From contig RHPI01001819.1 in the NCBI GenBank assembly GCA_009103225.1, positions 170,013-234,012 of the forward strand: a DNA stretch of 64,000 nt, written 5' to 3'. The number at the start of each line of letters is the position of its first letter. Position 1 is the stretch's first letter. The DNA is from Chlorokybus atmophyticus (lineage: Eukaryota > Plantae > Mesostigma and Chlorokybus algae). Below the pieces are notes generated by a model, which was not told where the DNA came from, made no database searches, and saw nothing but the letters and a program-made list of their open reading frames with translations. A program made the position numbers and the translations under genes. Below, piece by piece: positions 17,763-30,819 of this stretch.

Positions 17763-20493
17763 TAAAGCAGAGCGCGCAGTCCCCGTAGCTGCCGTAGCCG
17801 TCATCGGGCTGCACAACGCCGCACTATACGCCAAGTATACGTATGCACCTCCATCCTCATCCTATTGGGCACCCTTTGCTTGGCTTCCAGCTGCGTGGAG
17901 AGCCCCGCCAGTGCCGCCTTCAACTCTGCTACCTCGGCAACGTGTGCGGACACCTCCCTTGCACGCGCCAGCTCTTTGTGGCTTTGTGATCTTCCCAGCG
18001 GAGCTGAATGTGCTGCCATGGACATCACCTTGCCGCTCAGCACGTCCGCGTGCAAGTGCGGATGCTTGCTCCAATACGCATTGTCATCATGGCCCGCCTT
18101 CCTACAACACGAACACACAAGACCTTGCCTTGTTGCACACTACTTGGAGCTATGTGTCCAGCCTCTCCAACACACTCCCATATGCTGCTCCTCATGCCGT
18201 GCACTCATGGGAACACCGTTTGCAACCATCATACTCCTCACAGGGGCTGATTTAGTGACTGTAGGTTGCCCTCCATCGCGCCGACTAGCATTGGTGCGCT
18301 TGGTAGCTCCCAATAGCTACATCGCCATGCCTTCCACTATTGAACCAATGCTCTTATTATACTCTTGCTGCCATTTGGCGTTTTCGGTTGCAACGAAGAC
18401 ATCACGAAGCATGTAACCCGCGCCTTGACGTGCTCCTCTCAACACGGTTTATACCGCCTCCATCATGCCATCCTTCAACGCACGCAACTACAACACCGCG
18501 GCCATCTCATCCGACACAACTTTATGCTCTGTGTCCTCCAACAACTTCACCATCCTCGTTTGCATCATGCGTGGGGTCTGATCATCCTCGCTTGAAGTAC
18601 AGCAGCTTTATCAACTCCCCATGCGTTAATCGCGGATATGTTGATGTCAACACCACCATGAACTCTTTCACAGGATGCACCTTCTCCCACTTCTCCAACT
18701 CAATCCATGATAAGCTCTACACCCCTCTTCTCGTGCCTTCAATTTCCTCTTTGCCAAATTCAGTGAACTCAATTCAGTGAACTCCCTCCGCGTGCCCAAA
18801 GCTTCATCCTCTAAAAGCTCGGGCATAATCTTAAATGCTTTGTGCTCATTCCATGACTATCACGTGCCAACTAGCTGATCCTACGACACTCGAACCGTCG
18901 TTGATGTCACTAGCTGGCTCGTCCTCGAGATCTCTTTTGCTCGGCAGAGTAGGCACCTCCTTCCCAAGCAATGCTCCTCTCTTCTCCAAGGGGACTTCAA
19001 GCTCCTTCAGACCAGCTCCTGACCTTGTTTCCACGTGCATCTCACGTCCTCCACAAATACCCCCACACCCTTATTCAATGAGTTGAGCGCAAGTAACAAG
19101 CGCGTGTCTTAGCCAACCTAGACTCAAGCACGGGCTTCTAAACTTGCAATCGGCATGTGATGCACGGGGAGATGAGACCAAGTCCGTTCACAAGGTGTAG
19201 CACACGCTCATACACTTTACACAAGCACATTCAAGCATGTGCACACTTAAGGCAAGGAAATAACCAAGCCCACGGCCAACCAAGCCTTGAAGCCTCTCCA
19301 AGTAGCTATGTACTCTCAAAGCATCAAGAGATTTGCTCTCAACTGGTGCAATATAAGCCTTGTGTGAGTCAAGTACACTTACATACCCTCCCTACCAAGT
19401 ATTCACTACCGTGTTAACCACTTTAGCCATAACTACCATACAACTCTCAAATCATGTTGTAAGTTAACATGGCACCGACCATCTCGGTCAGCCTAGCGCT
19501 GGGCTGACCGAGATGGTGAGCTCCACATTTGATTACAACAAAAGGCTGAAACCCTCGAGGTCGTGAGTTTAAATTTCAGCCGTGGCAGGTTTCGGCGGCG
19601 GTGAAGCCAGCTGATGGGGACCGGATCAATTTTGGCAGAAAGCGCGAGGCTACCACGCGTTGATTACGCCCCGATAGGGGGCCTCCAAGTAGCGCGGGGG
19701 AGGTATAAAATGGGCCTCAGTAACTCAGCCTTCTTTTGTAACTTGATTAATTTATTAATAATCATAACGTGGCGCCGACCATCTTACTCCGTCGTTAGGC
19801 TGACCAAAATGGTCAGCCTAACGACATTCAGCGTCACGTTAGATTGCAACAAATTGATCACACGTGAGTCCTATTGGCGCAATTGAGTTACATATCGATG
19901 TGCTGACTATAACTGAGTCCCAACTCATGAAGTATGACTTTAAAAGCCTTTATAACTGACTCTGTCATAACGCATTACATGCGTTGCGCCACTGACACGC
20001 ATGGTACAAGCTTCTTGAGTGACTACTCTTGGGCAATTTAAGGTATCACCAAGTTTGTTTTCCCCTCAATTTCCTCTTCGTCTCCACACCCTGTGGCACC
20101 ACCACCACCCTCGCACTTGGACCTTGCATTGCTGCCCTGCAGCTCTACATGCTCCCACAGTTGTGCGCGGTGAAACTCACTCCCACTGCGAGTTACATCC
20201 TGCGGAGCCTTCCTTGCACAATATTGTGCACAATGCTATATTTCAAGCAGTTACTTGAAGTTTGCCGGCAACGTAATTCGCTCTGCACCGCATCCCAATT
20301 GAACTTGAACAAGTTAAGCAAAGAAGGTGTGAGCTAAGTGCAAGTGTTTCGGAGGTTGTGCACATTCAAGTCCGACTTCTTAACAGCTACAGGGTCATTG
20401 ACCAAACGCATGCGTGCTGGGTCATACCATCAGCGACAGTTGCTCAAGCGATTACAAGCGTGTATGTTACTAAAGGTGAACCATGGTAAGTCC
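17763..20493 (+). repeat. 2731-bp block, copy B
   Basis: Apparently identical to 11533-14263; bounded by (CA)n on the left and N+(CT)n on the right. Confidence 0.95.
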
Positions 20494-20710
20494 NCTCTCT
20501 CTCTCTCTCTCTCTATATATCTCTCTCGCTCGCTCTCTCTCGCTCGCTCGCTCTCGCTCGCTCGCTGTGTGTCTGCGTGCCTTTGCTTGCACGCGGCGCA
20601 TGCGTGTTGGCAGGGGAAGTATGTGCAGAGGCTGTTGCGCCTGTATGTTTGTGTTCATTCTGAACCACAAGGTTCGCAACATCAACTCACACACGCCTGC
20701 TTGGAAACAG

Positions 20711-22000
20711 ATTACGCCGCTGCGCATCCGTGCAAGAGCGGAGAACAAACAAGAACGTGGTGGCCTCAGTTTCATGCGATCCTCAATCTGTTGGCTTTGA
20801 CGGCAGACGCTTCGACTCTCAGGTGCGACATGTTTGACACGCTGTACTGGAAGGCACGTTGACATGGAATGTCAATGGTTTCATTGTTAGGGTCACTGCC
20901 ACCTGCGCTGTATGTGTTGATGCACGTGCAATGAACAGGGTGCGGGTTCGACTCCAACAAAGAGTGGCCGTACCAATGTCATGATATACGACCCTTCTTC
21001 ATCCTTCTGGCGGACTGCACACTTCTCCGAGCCGCCGCTCACGGGAGTTCCCATACAGCACGTACATCAGCGACATCGGCATCATGCTACCAACCTTGGA
21101 TGCTTCCAACAACAACAACACATTCGTCGTGGTTCAGCACCGTGGCAAGCTGCCCGACGCCATCGCGTCCTTCGGCCCCGACGGTGGGCTGTTTCATGAG
21201 AGCGGGACACCCATGCTCACATTGCCATCTTCCTTGCAGTCAAAGGATGAGAGTGATGATGATACACATATCAGTCTACCTGCTGGCAATGGCATCACCG
21301 CAAAACTTGTTGGCACGGTAAGGTCGGAGGTTTGAAGTTTGTGGTCAGGTGAAGCTTCAAGTTGTGCACATGTTGTGCTTCGTTCGTGAAGGCTATAAAC
21401 TGTGGTGATTGCTGCAGGAGTTGACTTTGTCTACACCAAGCATGGACGTTGAGCTCATCATTACCTTCGACAAGTACTTCCTCGACTTTGCCTTCAAGTC
21501 CATCAGGTGCAGCTCCTGATTAGTATAATGATTAAGCACAGAGCTGTCACCAACTTGCAAACACTTACCCTTCGTTCTGCGTGTCACTGCCTAGCCGTTC
21601 CAAGTCAGCAACTGGCATTCTTGGTAAGTGGGGACATACCCACCCACACGATCCTCGCGCTGATGCATATTGTGTGTCTCTACTATTGCTTCACTCACTC
21701 TGTGTTTCTCTTGCAGGGCGAACTGTGCCTCAAGCGTCTCAAGTTATGACCACAACTCGCAAGCAGTTTGAGCAGACTCTGCGCAAGATGGCAGATACAT
21801 ACGGTGAGAAAGTTACATCTTGCATGTAATTGTTTAGCTGGCGCGTACAGTCAGGGATAAGTAACTCACTTGGTCCTGCAGTCCAAGGACTGTTTGACAT
21901 GGAGATGTTCAAGCACCGCACAAGCAATGTGAACACGCAGCGCCGCCTGCTAGCCACTGTGTCCTCGGTGCAGAGTGCTGTTTACAGCAATGTGCGGGAC
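20711..22000 (+). pseudogene. VWD/Root_cap-like gene copy 4, pseudogene (exons 3-8)
   Basis: Frameshifts in exon 3 (~20745) and exon 4 (~21045); DPHF motif changed to DPQS. Confidence 0.8.
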
Positions 22001-23566
22001 TAAGGTAGCCCTGGTTGGCTTATACATACATGTCTATTAGTAGTCTGCGCGTGCTGACTTGCAATAAAGCACAGATTCATGTGATATACTGCAAGAACAG
22101 GATGGATACTGATGTGATCCATGGATACAACTCTTGCTTCATCTTGTACCCCTTTCCTTGCAAACACCGTACATCGCAACGTGACACTGTTACTTCTGTA
22201 CATGCAAACCCTTCATATACACAACACTTCGATATGCACAACATATGGGGGCCTCACTGACCTGCACATGCCAAACAGCTAGACTGCAAAGGCACTTGTG
22301 TCCAAGCGTACTTATAGCTGCTTGTGCATGTGATCAAGTAGTTAATTCTTTCCATTTGCTCATGACAGTTGATCAATATTTTTCATACGCAAATACAATA
22401 GCAGAACAAACAAACACAAGACACATGCGCAGGTAACTACTACACTCGTGATGTATGCATGCAATATAGAAAAGCAATACGTTGGGCCCCACAGCAGCAG
22501 CACGACCAACACACGAGCAAAAACACAACCAACACATTCACGCCACATTTACACACACGTGCACAAGCACACACGCAAAGGCAGAGGCATGCGGGCAAAC
22601 ATATCGGATTGGGGNGGGGGGGGATTTGGGCAGGAACATACACATACACGCTCACAGCAACAGAAGTGATGGTTAATGCAAGTTCCGTGTGGCTCGGTTA
22701 ATGGTTAACGGTTATGGTAACAGTAACGGCTGCGGTTGCTGCTTTCATTACCATATAGTTTGGTTTATTGGCACCATCATGAGTTTTTGCATGTTTGCGT
22801 TGCATCGGAACTAGGCGAGACGATGACAAGGCATGACAAAGTGCAATTTATGTTACATTTGGCATGACGCGTTTCAATTGTCTAACAATCGCATTTCAAC
22901 AACAGGTCGACTTACAGGGTTGCTATCCGCATTACGTTACTGCTTCATTGCGCGATGCCACTTAACAATGTTTTCTCGATTTTGCTCGCATTGCGGATGA
23001 AGGTTATGCCGCAATTGTGCGGGCAAAGGTCACCATTACCGACTTTTACAATGCGTATCTTGCAATGTCCAAGGCTCAAGGTGCCATTAACAAGCGGCAA
23101 CGACTATTATGATTACTCGTCGTGGAGAGGTTCGTTGCTTAAAAAAAGCTTGTGAATTGTCGGCAATAAACCGCTTACGGTTTAAGGCCGACAATCACAA
23201 GCTCTTGTTCCAATACACATGGCGGAGATACATAAGCATGTTCGGACGCTTCAGCTCGCTTATACGGAGTTGCACGATCGCCATGCTGCATGACAGATGG
23301 AAAACCAATGGTTATTTGTGTAGCGCAGTTCGAATCGTGTCTAATTATGCTTACGAATTGCTGTATTGGTATATTGGTATCATGTACAGTGCAGTTCCGC
23401 TATTATAATAACACGCTGTTGTTATTGCATATCGTATATTTGCAACACGTGTTGATCTACTTAACCAACAGAATAACCAGTTGATTTTGATACACGTGCT
23501 TGTTTATGACTCATTAATAGCCGAGTATCGTAGTTGCAATCTGTGTTTATTTACTTGATTTACCTA

Positions 23567-23714
23567 CCGTATTTACTCAAACACAAGCCGCCACTCTAAA
23601 CAAAGCCCTCAATCCTTTTTTTCGAGGCGACCTATAGTCGAGCCTATTTTTACCTGAAAAATGGTGTTTTCTTCATAGGCCCACCCTTTTTTTACAAGAG
23701 GGCTTGTTAAGGGG
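23567..23714 (+). mobile_element. One end of a TA-targeting (Tc1/pogo-like) MITE, cut at an N
   Basis: TA|CCGTATTTACTC terminus, similar to the MITE ends at 24764/25027. Confidence 0.45.
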
Positions 23715-24763
23715 NATGAAAGTCAATTGTGCAATGCTTGAAGCATCGTATGTCATTCAATGTTGATCCATAAGCGTGACGCAAGTGCTTGTCTCAATTT
23801 TGCACGAGATACTTTCCAAGTGTACTTGAAGTCTATATGAACGCTGAGGTTAATATTTCGCTAATCGTGTCAGCATATTGGCTGCTTCATCGTATGTGCG
23901 GCATTTGTATTTTTCCTATTGCCCGGCCTTCATGACAAAAACGAGTTGTATTAATTGGGCTGGACGTATGCATCATCGTCTGCACGGTGGTTTACAGTTC
24001 ATAATATGTTGGAATATTGAGAAGGTTTCGTACCGACTCGTGCGTGGTTAAAACTGTCTTCCGCATTTTGGGTAGAAGTAGTTGGCTGCACATGTGCACG
24101 CCACGTTCAACATGGTCTATAATCGATTTGCTATGAACACTGCCATCTTGATACCGTATCTTTCATACGATTTTTAGCATTAAGTGTCAGCACATTGCCT
24201 GATGGCGGTCCAATCTGACTGCCATACTGTCTCTTATTTCAATCTCTTATGTAATGCCTTCGAAATCATATCGTCAACGTTCATATGAGTTAAGTCGTTG
24301 GCAAAATTTGTGGTCAGGAATGGTCGGGTATGTAGGCTAGGTTGTTAAGAATGCTTATTTGCCTTTGTGATAAGCCATTAGCCATACCTTCGTGCTTCCT
24401 AAGCAGTCGTATATTGTCTTCAGTATTTATGCATAATTGTCTACGGGCGTGGTCTTATTTCGTATAGCGATCACATTTGGTGGAGCTTACTTGTTTGTTG
24501 TGCGCTGAGCTAAAATGGTAGGTGCCGCTGCGAAGTCGCTTGCTGATGCCGTTTGGGAAATAGTATAATATTATTATGGCAATGCAAAGATAAGTTAACT
24601 AACATTTGTTGGCATCACAATATCAAGTATCATGTCAGTCATTAACGTTACGATATTGTGCATAGTCTGCATATATGTTCAGCATTTGCAACTAGACTTG
24701 GCGACTGGTATTCGCTTGAATTGTAGATAGCCGAATATGTATTTAAATATCCAATGATATGTA

Positions 24764-25027
24764 CCGTTTTTGTGCGAATACCCCCCCCCCCTACCCCACC
24801 CCCCCACCNNNNNNNNNNNNNNNNNNNNNNNNNNNNNNNNNNNNNNNNNNNNNNNNNNNNNNNNNNNNNNNNNNNNNNNNNNNNNNNNNNNNNNNNNNNN
24901 NNNNNNNNNNNNNNNNNNNNNNNNNNNNNNNNNNNNNNNNNNNNNNNNNNNNNNNNNNNNNNNNNNNNNNNNNNNNNNNNNNNNNNNNNNNNNGGGGGGG
25001 GGGGGGGGGGGGATCGCACAAATACGG
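24764..25027. mobile_element. Tc1/mariner/pogo-type MITE spanning an N gap
   Basis: TIRs CCGTTTTTGTGCGAATACCCC / GGGGATCGCACAAATACGG with TA duplicated on both sides. Confidence 0.7.
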
Positions 25028-25639
25028 TATGTTGCGTAACAATGCGCATACGCAAATGGCATTCAGCGCATCTTTTTAGGAAGGCCTGTTGAGGAGTCGC
25101 GAGCAGGGGTTGCTGCAACGCGGCGCGCCCACGTCGTTGGTCGCGTTGCCGCCAGATGACTTGTCCCATCGATTGGCCCACCCCCCTGTTGTCAAGTGCC
25201 GTCCGATTGTTTGCGAACTGATGCACCATATCAGTCGGAGACAATTTGTGGCTCGCGGCGCGGTCGAGCAACGGCAGCAGATAAATCAAACACACGAATT
25301 TACCATAACCCGGTATGTATTGTGCATGCACCTGGTCGGCTGACCAGATGTTGCTGATGCAATCACACTCTTCATGTTCATATCCATATTGTCTGATATA
25401 TCAATCCAGTTCATTCCTCTTGCTGTGTGATTTGGGGGTGCACACACATTATGGATTATGGATATCGAGGTTTAAGCAGTAGCAACATTAATCGGTTGAT
25501 TAGTCATATCAAAGTACACAAATACATGATGCTTGTGTATGTTGGCCATAACACATTATAGCAGGTGCGTATGCAATTGCTTAAGTTGATTAAGTATGTG
25601 CATTGACTCATTGTGCATTCATTTGCACTTACACACGTG

Positions 25640-26400
25640 CGCTCATATCTGAATGAGCACCATATACTATGCGTGTGTAGGGCACACGTGAATATTTGGG
25701 TAGATGAAATGCGGCGTAGATCATAGCGGCGGCGACATGTCGCATATCAGTTGAGCAACTGAGCAATAGGTTAACGAAGTATATACATTGTTGCATTTAG
25801 GTTGAGTGAATGTGTATGCTATTAAAAATACACGTTGTGATTTAATTATCATCCATCATCCGTAAATATGATTGCGCACGTGCGCGCTCGTTGTCTAGTG
25901 AGCATCACGTACAATCGTGTTATGGCACACGTAAACATTTGGGTAGTTTAAATGCGGCGTAGGCCGTGGCGGCAGTGGGTCGACGTTGCCGCTCTGCGTG
26001 TGGCTGCGGCGTGTAGCATGTCAGTGGAGGGATTCAGTGATAGGGTCACGAAATATGTACATTTTTCCATATAGGTTGAGTGAATGTGTGCATGCTATCA
26101 CACATACATGATGTGAGTAATTCACATCCATCATCCGTAAATATGGTTGCGCACGTGCGCGCTTAGAGCAATAGGTTAATAAAAATGTACATTTTTGCAT
26201 ATAGGTTGAGTGAATGTGTGCTAATGCACATTCGCGATGTGATTCAATCATATCTATTATCCGTAAATATACGGCGTTCCCCAATGAGCATCACACATAG
26301 TAATTGTGTTTATGGCACATGTAAAGATCTAGGTGGTTCCGATGTGGCCAAGGTTGTGGCAGCATCGGGTCCATGTTGCCGCTGTGCGTGCGGTGGCGGC
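25640..26400. repeat. Degenerate complex tandem repeat
   Basis: GGTTGAGTGAATGTGT...ATCCGTAAATAT unit at ~25800, 26073 and 26204; GAGCA(T/C)CA...GGCACA(C/T)GT unit at ~25655, 25900 and 26285. Confidence 0.7.
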
Positions 26401-26446
26401 GTGTCGCATCGACCGCATCGTCAGTGGAGGGACTGAGCAATATCTA

Positions 26447-26826
26447 CAGGTGTGGGATGTAGACAACAACAACAGGCAAGCAGGAAGTCGTGACTTGCAG
26501 TGCACAAAGAGAATGGAAGGAGAGATGCTTATGCAATTTAGTAGGGTGTGGGATGTAGAAACAATAGCAAGCGGGAAGTAGTGATGTGCAGAGCGCATCA
26601 GATAGACAGCGAGGTGTACATGCAATGCAGCAATATTTACAAGTGTGGGATGTAGACAACAACAACAGGCAAGCAGGAAGTTGTAACTTGCAGTGCACAT
26701 GGAGAATGGAAGGAGAGATGCACATGCAATTGAGTAGGGTGTGGGTTGTAGAAACAATAACGAGCGGGAAGTAGTGATGTGCAGAGCGCAAAAGATAGAC
26801 AGCGAGGTGTACATGCGATGCAGCAA
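26447..26826. repeat. Two tandem copies of a ~190-bp unit
   Basis: GTGTGGGATGTAGACAACAACAACAGGCAAGCAGGAAG...ATGCAGCAA occurs twice. Confidence 0.85.
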
Positions 26827-26855
26827 GATGTTCATAGTGTCATGATAACTGCAAC

Positions 26856-27188
26856 CTATCTTTGCACTTTTAACCTTGACGTTTTAAGTAACTTCCAGAA
26901 TTTACTATCAAACCCCGGACGACCTCGTAAGATATTGTACCCTTTAGCACCTATTGTGTCGTACGCATTGATGTAGTGTTCCTCTAACTGGTTTGCTTCT
27001 ACGTTATTATCTACTACGAATAAATTCTCTATGGTACACTGACTTTTAAAGGGTAGCTGTGGTTTTAGATCACCAGCCAATAGTGTGGGAGGGCTCCTTG
27101 GATGCACTCGCAATCACCGTTGCTAGTTGGTTGTTTGACCATTGTAGCACCTTCCGGTATTTGGTACGACAATTCTGTAAATTGTAAA
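26856..27188 (-). pseudogene. GIY-YIG endonuclease domain with two in-frame stops
   Basis: FTIYRIVVPNTGRCYNGQTTN*QR*LRVH ... EANQLEEHYINAYDTIGAKGYNILRG: GIY/YIG-like strands, H after the conserved R position, catalytic E helix and GYN motif. Confidence 0.8.
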
Positions 27189-27759
27189 CGTCTTGAGTGC
27201 TGAACTCACTTGGTGGTTTTTCCCTTTTTGGGTGGGCTAGTAGTGGGTGCTGCCGTGTGCACATCGATATCATGTCTTGCTCCATCGGACGTTTCCCTAC
27301 ACATGTGGGTTAGGTTTGCAGTTATCATGATTATACCATGTGTGCATATACACTTTCCATAGCGTGTACAATACCTTCGGCTCTCTTCTTGGCTTGGCAT
27401 AGAGCCTCCATAATCTTATCAGCCTTTTTGGAATCTTGCATCTTGCATTGCTCGATGGCGCGCTTATGCGTGAAGACGAGCTCATACAATTGCCATGGTT
27501 TCAAGGAAAAAGGTCTCCACCATGCAGCATATGCTTCATCGCGAGTGGTGTTCACGTCCAAAGGTGCATTGACTGGGCGCAGGAAGTCTTCACTAATCTT
27601 GTGGCATAGCATGATGTCACACACATCATCGCAATATGTTCCCCGTGCCGGCCGACTGAATATTGGCAACGGCCGTGCACTTGAGAATACTAATCTGGAC
27701 TGTTGTGGCTCAATCCACCTGTAATCTCGATACAGGGACCTGAGTACAACTTTCGTTAC

Positions 27760-28060
27760 TATCAGGCCCTTTCCGTTACAATTTAGTCTTTAACAGGTGA
27801 CTATGCCTAATTAACAGGCCCCTGTTAGTTACTTATCAGGCCTTAACAGGTGACTTGACTTCATTGATGGGCACCTGCAAATTACACATCAATCGTATTC
27901 AGGTGACTATACCTACTTGACAGGCACCCGCTGGTTACACATCAATCTTACTTAGAGGACTCAGCCTATGTGACAGGCACCTGCAGGTTACACACCAGTC
28001 CAGCGCAGGCGACTGAGCCTAATTCACAAGCACCAACTAGGTAATCAATACACTAAGGCA
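27760..28060. repeat. Degenerate ~60-bp tandem array (ACAGGTGACT / ACAGGCACC)
   Basis: Four to five imperfect units. Confidence 0.65.
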
Positions 28061-28329
28061 TTCTTTAAGCATTTAAGGTGATTGATGCCTGACTGTCGTT
28101 ATATGTATTTGCATAGCATGACTACACGCAACTGTCACTGACTGCCAGCATCATTTTGTGTCTGTGCTGTGTACAGGTTCCTGAAATGTGTACAGTGTCT
28201 CTCAATCACTTGCCAAGGCTTGTAGTTCGATTATGTGACTCGAATGCCTGCAGTTCTGTTGTATATCACAGAATGCAGGTATTGACATGCATGAGCATCA
28301 AGACGATTGACTGAGCTGGTCTAAGATGC

Positions 28330-30407
28330 ACACCAGTAAGTCACCAGAGCCTTGCAGTTGTGTACACTACCAGCTAAACGAACTACTCACTGCGCTACAG
28401 CTCCTCTCCATCATCGCCTTGCTCGTTATCATGGAACAAAGCACCACGCGCTGCGGTCTGTGGAGGAGACGCCGGAGCTTGCTCTTCCTCCTCAAACGGT
28501 TGCGCAAGCTAACCAAATGCCGCTTCTGCCTCAGCGAGCGGGTCACGAGCTGCCGTTTCTTGTGGCCGGCACCGATTGGGTTCTTTCAGGTATTTAACAC
28601 AAGATGCAGTGCGGCGTTTCACAAGGGTGAATGGTTGGAGGGCTGCGTACCGTTGCCTCATCTCCCGCTTCATTGACATGATCATGGTGTTGATTTCGCT
28701 ATGGTACTCTTCATGTGTGTCGATGCTGGCAGCTAGGAGAGGGTCTCCATCCTTGCCCTTTAGGATTCGCTCCACCTGCGTAGTTTACAGGCATGTCTTA
28801 ATGGCATTGAAAGCCACTATTCACTGCAGCGCGTCTGCACGCCGGGGGGGGGGGGGGGGGGGGNNNNNNNNNNNNNNNNNNNNNNNNNNNNNNNNNNNNN
28901 NNNNNNNNNNNNNNNNNNNNNNNNNNNNNNNNNNNNNNNNNNNNNNNNNNNNNNNNNNNNNNNNNNNNNNNNNNNNNNNNNNNNNNNNNNNNNNNNNNNN
29001 NNNNNNNNNNNNNNNNNNNNNNNNNNNNNNNNGGGGGCTACAGCATTCATGAATTGCTATTGATTGAGTTCAGAGTGCTCACCGTAAGCAACAGATATGT
29101 GAGGTGGTTGACTGTCAGCTGCCGGCGACCAGGTGTAGTGACGGCGTAAGACCAGCATTGCACGATCATTTGCCAGATTATGAGATTGCCCCATTCATGG
29201 ATGTATCTCCTCCGCTCCGAGTCTGCATTGTCGGTCACCTCAAATTTTCGCCATGACTTGTCTGCGAGAGTCATACCAACAAGGCATTTGTCACGATATA
29301 GATAGCTCAAGTTGAGCCTGCACTAGGCTAGAATAGTGCCTGTAACATATTTTGGAGCGCGTTGCGCATCTGGGCTTTTTGGGTCTCGGGGTCCATTAGG
29401 GCGTCGATGTGCCTGAGTGAATCGGTTATAATAGGCGAGATGCGTACGTGTGTATGGAGGCTGAGTAAGCAAGAAGGCAGTATTGCATAGCAGACATGGT
29501 GGTGAGGGACCCAACTCACTTGCGCTTGTTGCTGTTAAACAGTGTCCACTTGTACTCCTTCTTAAGGACATGCTTGATCTTGGTGACATTCTCAGACCGG
29601 ACCTGCGTAGCTTTCTTCAAGGAGACACTCCAATGGAAGGGGCACTCTTTGGGCGACCAGTACACCTGATGAAACTGGCCGCATTGGCCTCGTTGTCATG
29701 GGCGAACACAACTACCTGTCACGGGCAGGTTGGTTAGTGTCACGGTGCAGTGAGGTCATGAAGCATTCACAGCGCCTGACATATGACGTTACGAATAGTG
29801 TCCTCCTTTGGATAAACGTGGCTCTCTACCCAGTGGCCGTTTATGATTTTGATGACGGCATCTCGCAAATGCTGTCCACAGAAGAACAATCCGTTACACA
29901 TAGTGTCACAGTGTCACAGTGTCAAACAGTGCTTACCTCGTTGCCAATCTTCCACTTGCTTGGGGAAGGGTTGATGACGGCCGAGGTTGCTACATCACGG
30001 CCAAATGCGTTTGGGTTGGGGGTTCCAATCGACCCTCTGCAAGCACAACCATATGAGTTATGCTGCCAACCATGAAATATGCAACCCTCATAGTTGAGAA
30101 AGAAGAACAACGTGCACAGTGTATCCAGAACGCATGTAGTGAGACACTGTGCCAGTCATGAAAGAAGCAAGCATCCAAGTTAAAAGTTGAGCAACAAGCA
30201 ACAGGCACAGTGCATCAAGAACGCATGCAGTCTAGCTTGCCTTTGCGACTACGGTGTCAGGTGGAGTTGTTGTGATGTGCTCGGCGTTAGCGAGGGGTCT
30301 TGCTGCAACCGGTTGGCGACGGTTGCCTGGTTGAACACTGGGGGCAATGTGGACAACTGGCGCCGGCCTCCACGGCGAGGTGCACCTACGAATGGACCAC
30401 GAGGCAT
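28330..30407 (-). pseudogene. Multi-exon gene of unknown function with stops, interrupted by an N gap
   Basis: ATG at 30407 (MPRGPFVGAPRRGG). Coding-like segments end at gtaagc/gtgagt donors (KWKIGNE|, EYKWTLFNSNKR|). Further segments at 29047-29330 and 28509-28800. Confidence 0.5.
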
Positions 30408-30721
30408 CTCTCTAACTGATAGTCGGGTGCCGCCTGTTTAGCTGATAATGGCGCTGCCGCCTCCAGCGCTGCTGCCGCCGGTTGGCCCGCCTGAATGTAC
30501 GAGGCGCGAGAACGAAAATGAGGCGGTTTTGAACGTCTAGTGTCCCGAACTAGAGTCGCACTTGTGGTGCGTCCTTGCTCCTATGGTTGATGGTACGACT
30601 TATGCATTCGTGCCATCCATGCTTCATACAACCATTGATAACGATGGTTGTGTCATATTATTTATGGGACGACAGAGGCATCTCTCGTCCAACCCCAGCC
30701 ATTGCCGTACAATGGCTCTAT

Positions 30722-30739
30722 CGTACCATGCATGGTACG
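30722..30739. promoter_or_regulatory. Perfect palindrome CGTACCATGCATGGTACG in a divergent intergenic region
   Basis: 18-bp palindrome; its 16-bp core recurs at 34993-35008. Confidence 0.5.
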
Positions 30740-30819
30740 ACAGAGGCATTGCTCGATCAGCCCCAATGGGAGTTAGCGTGCACTCACCCAAACAGCTTTA
30801 GCTTCATTAATGGCTGGAT

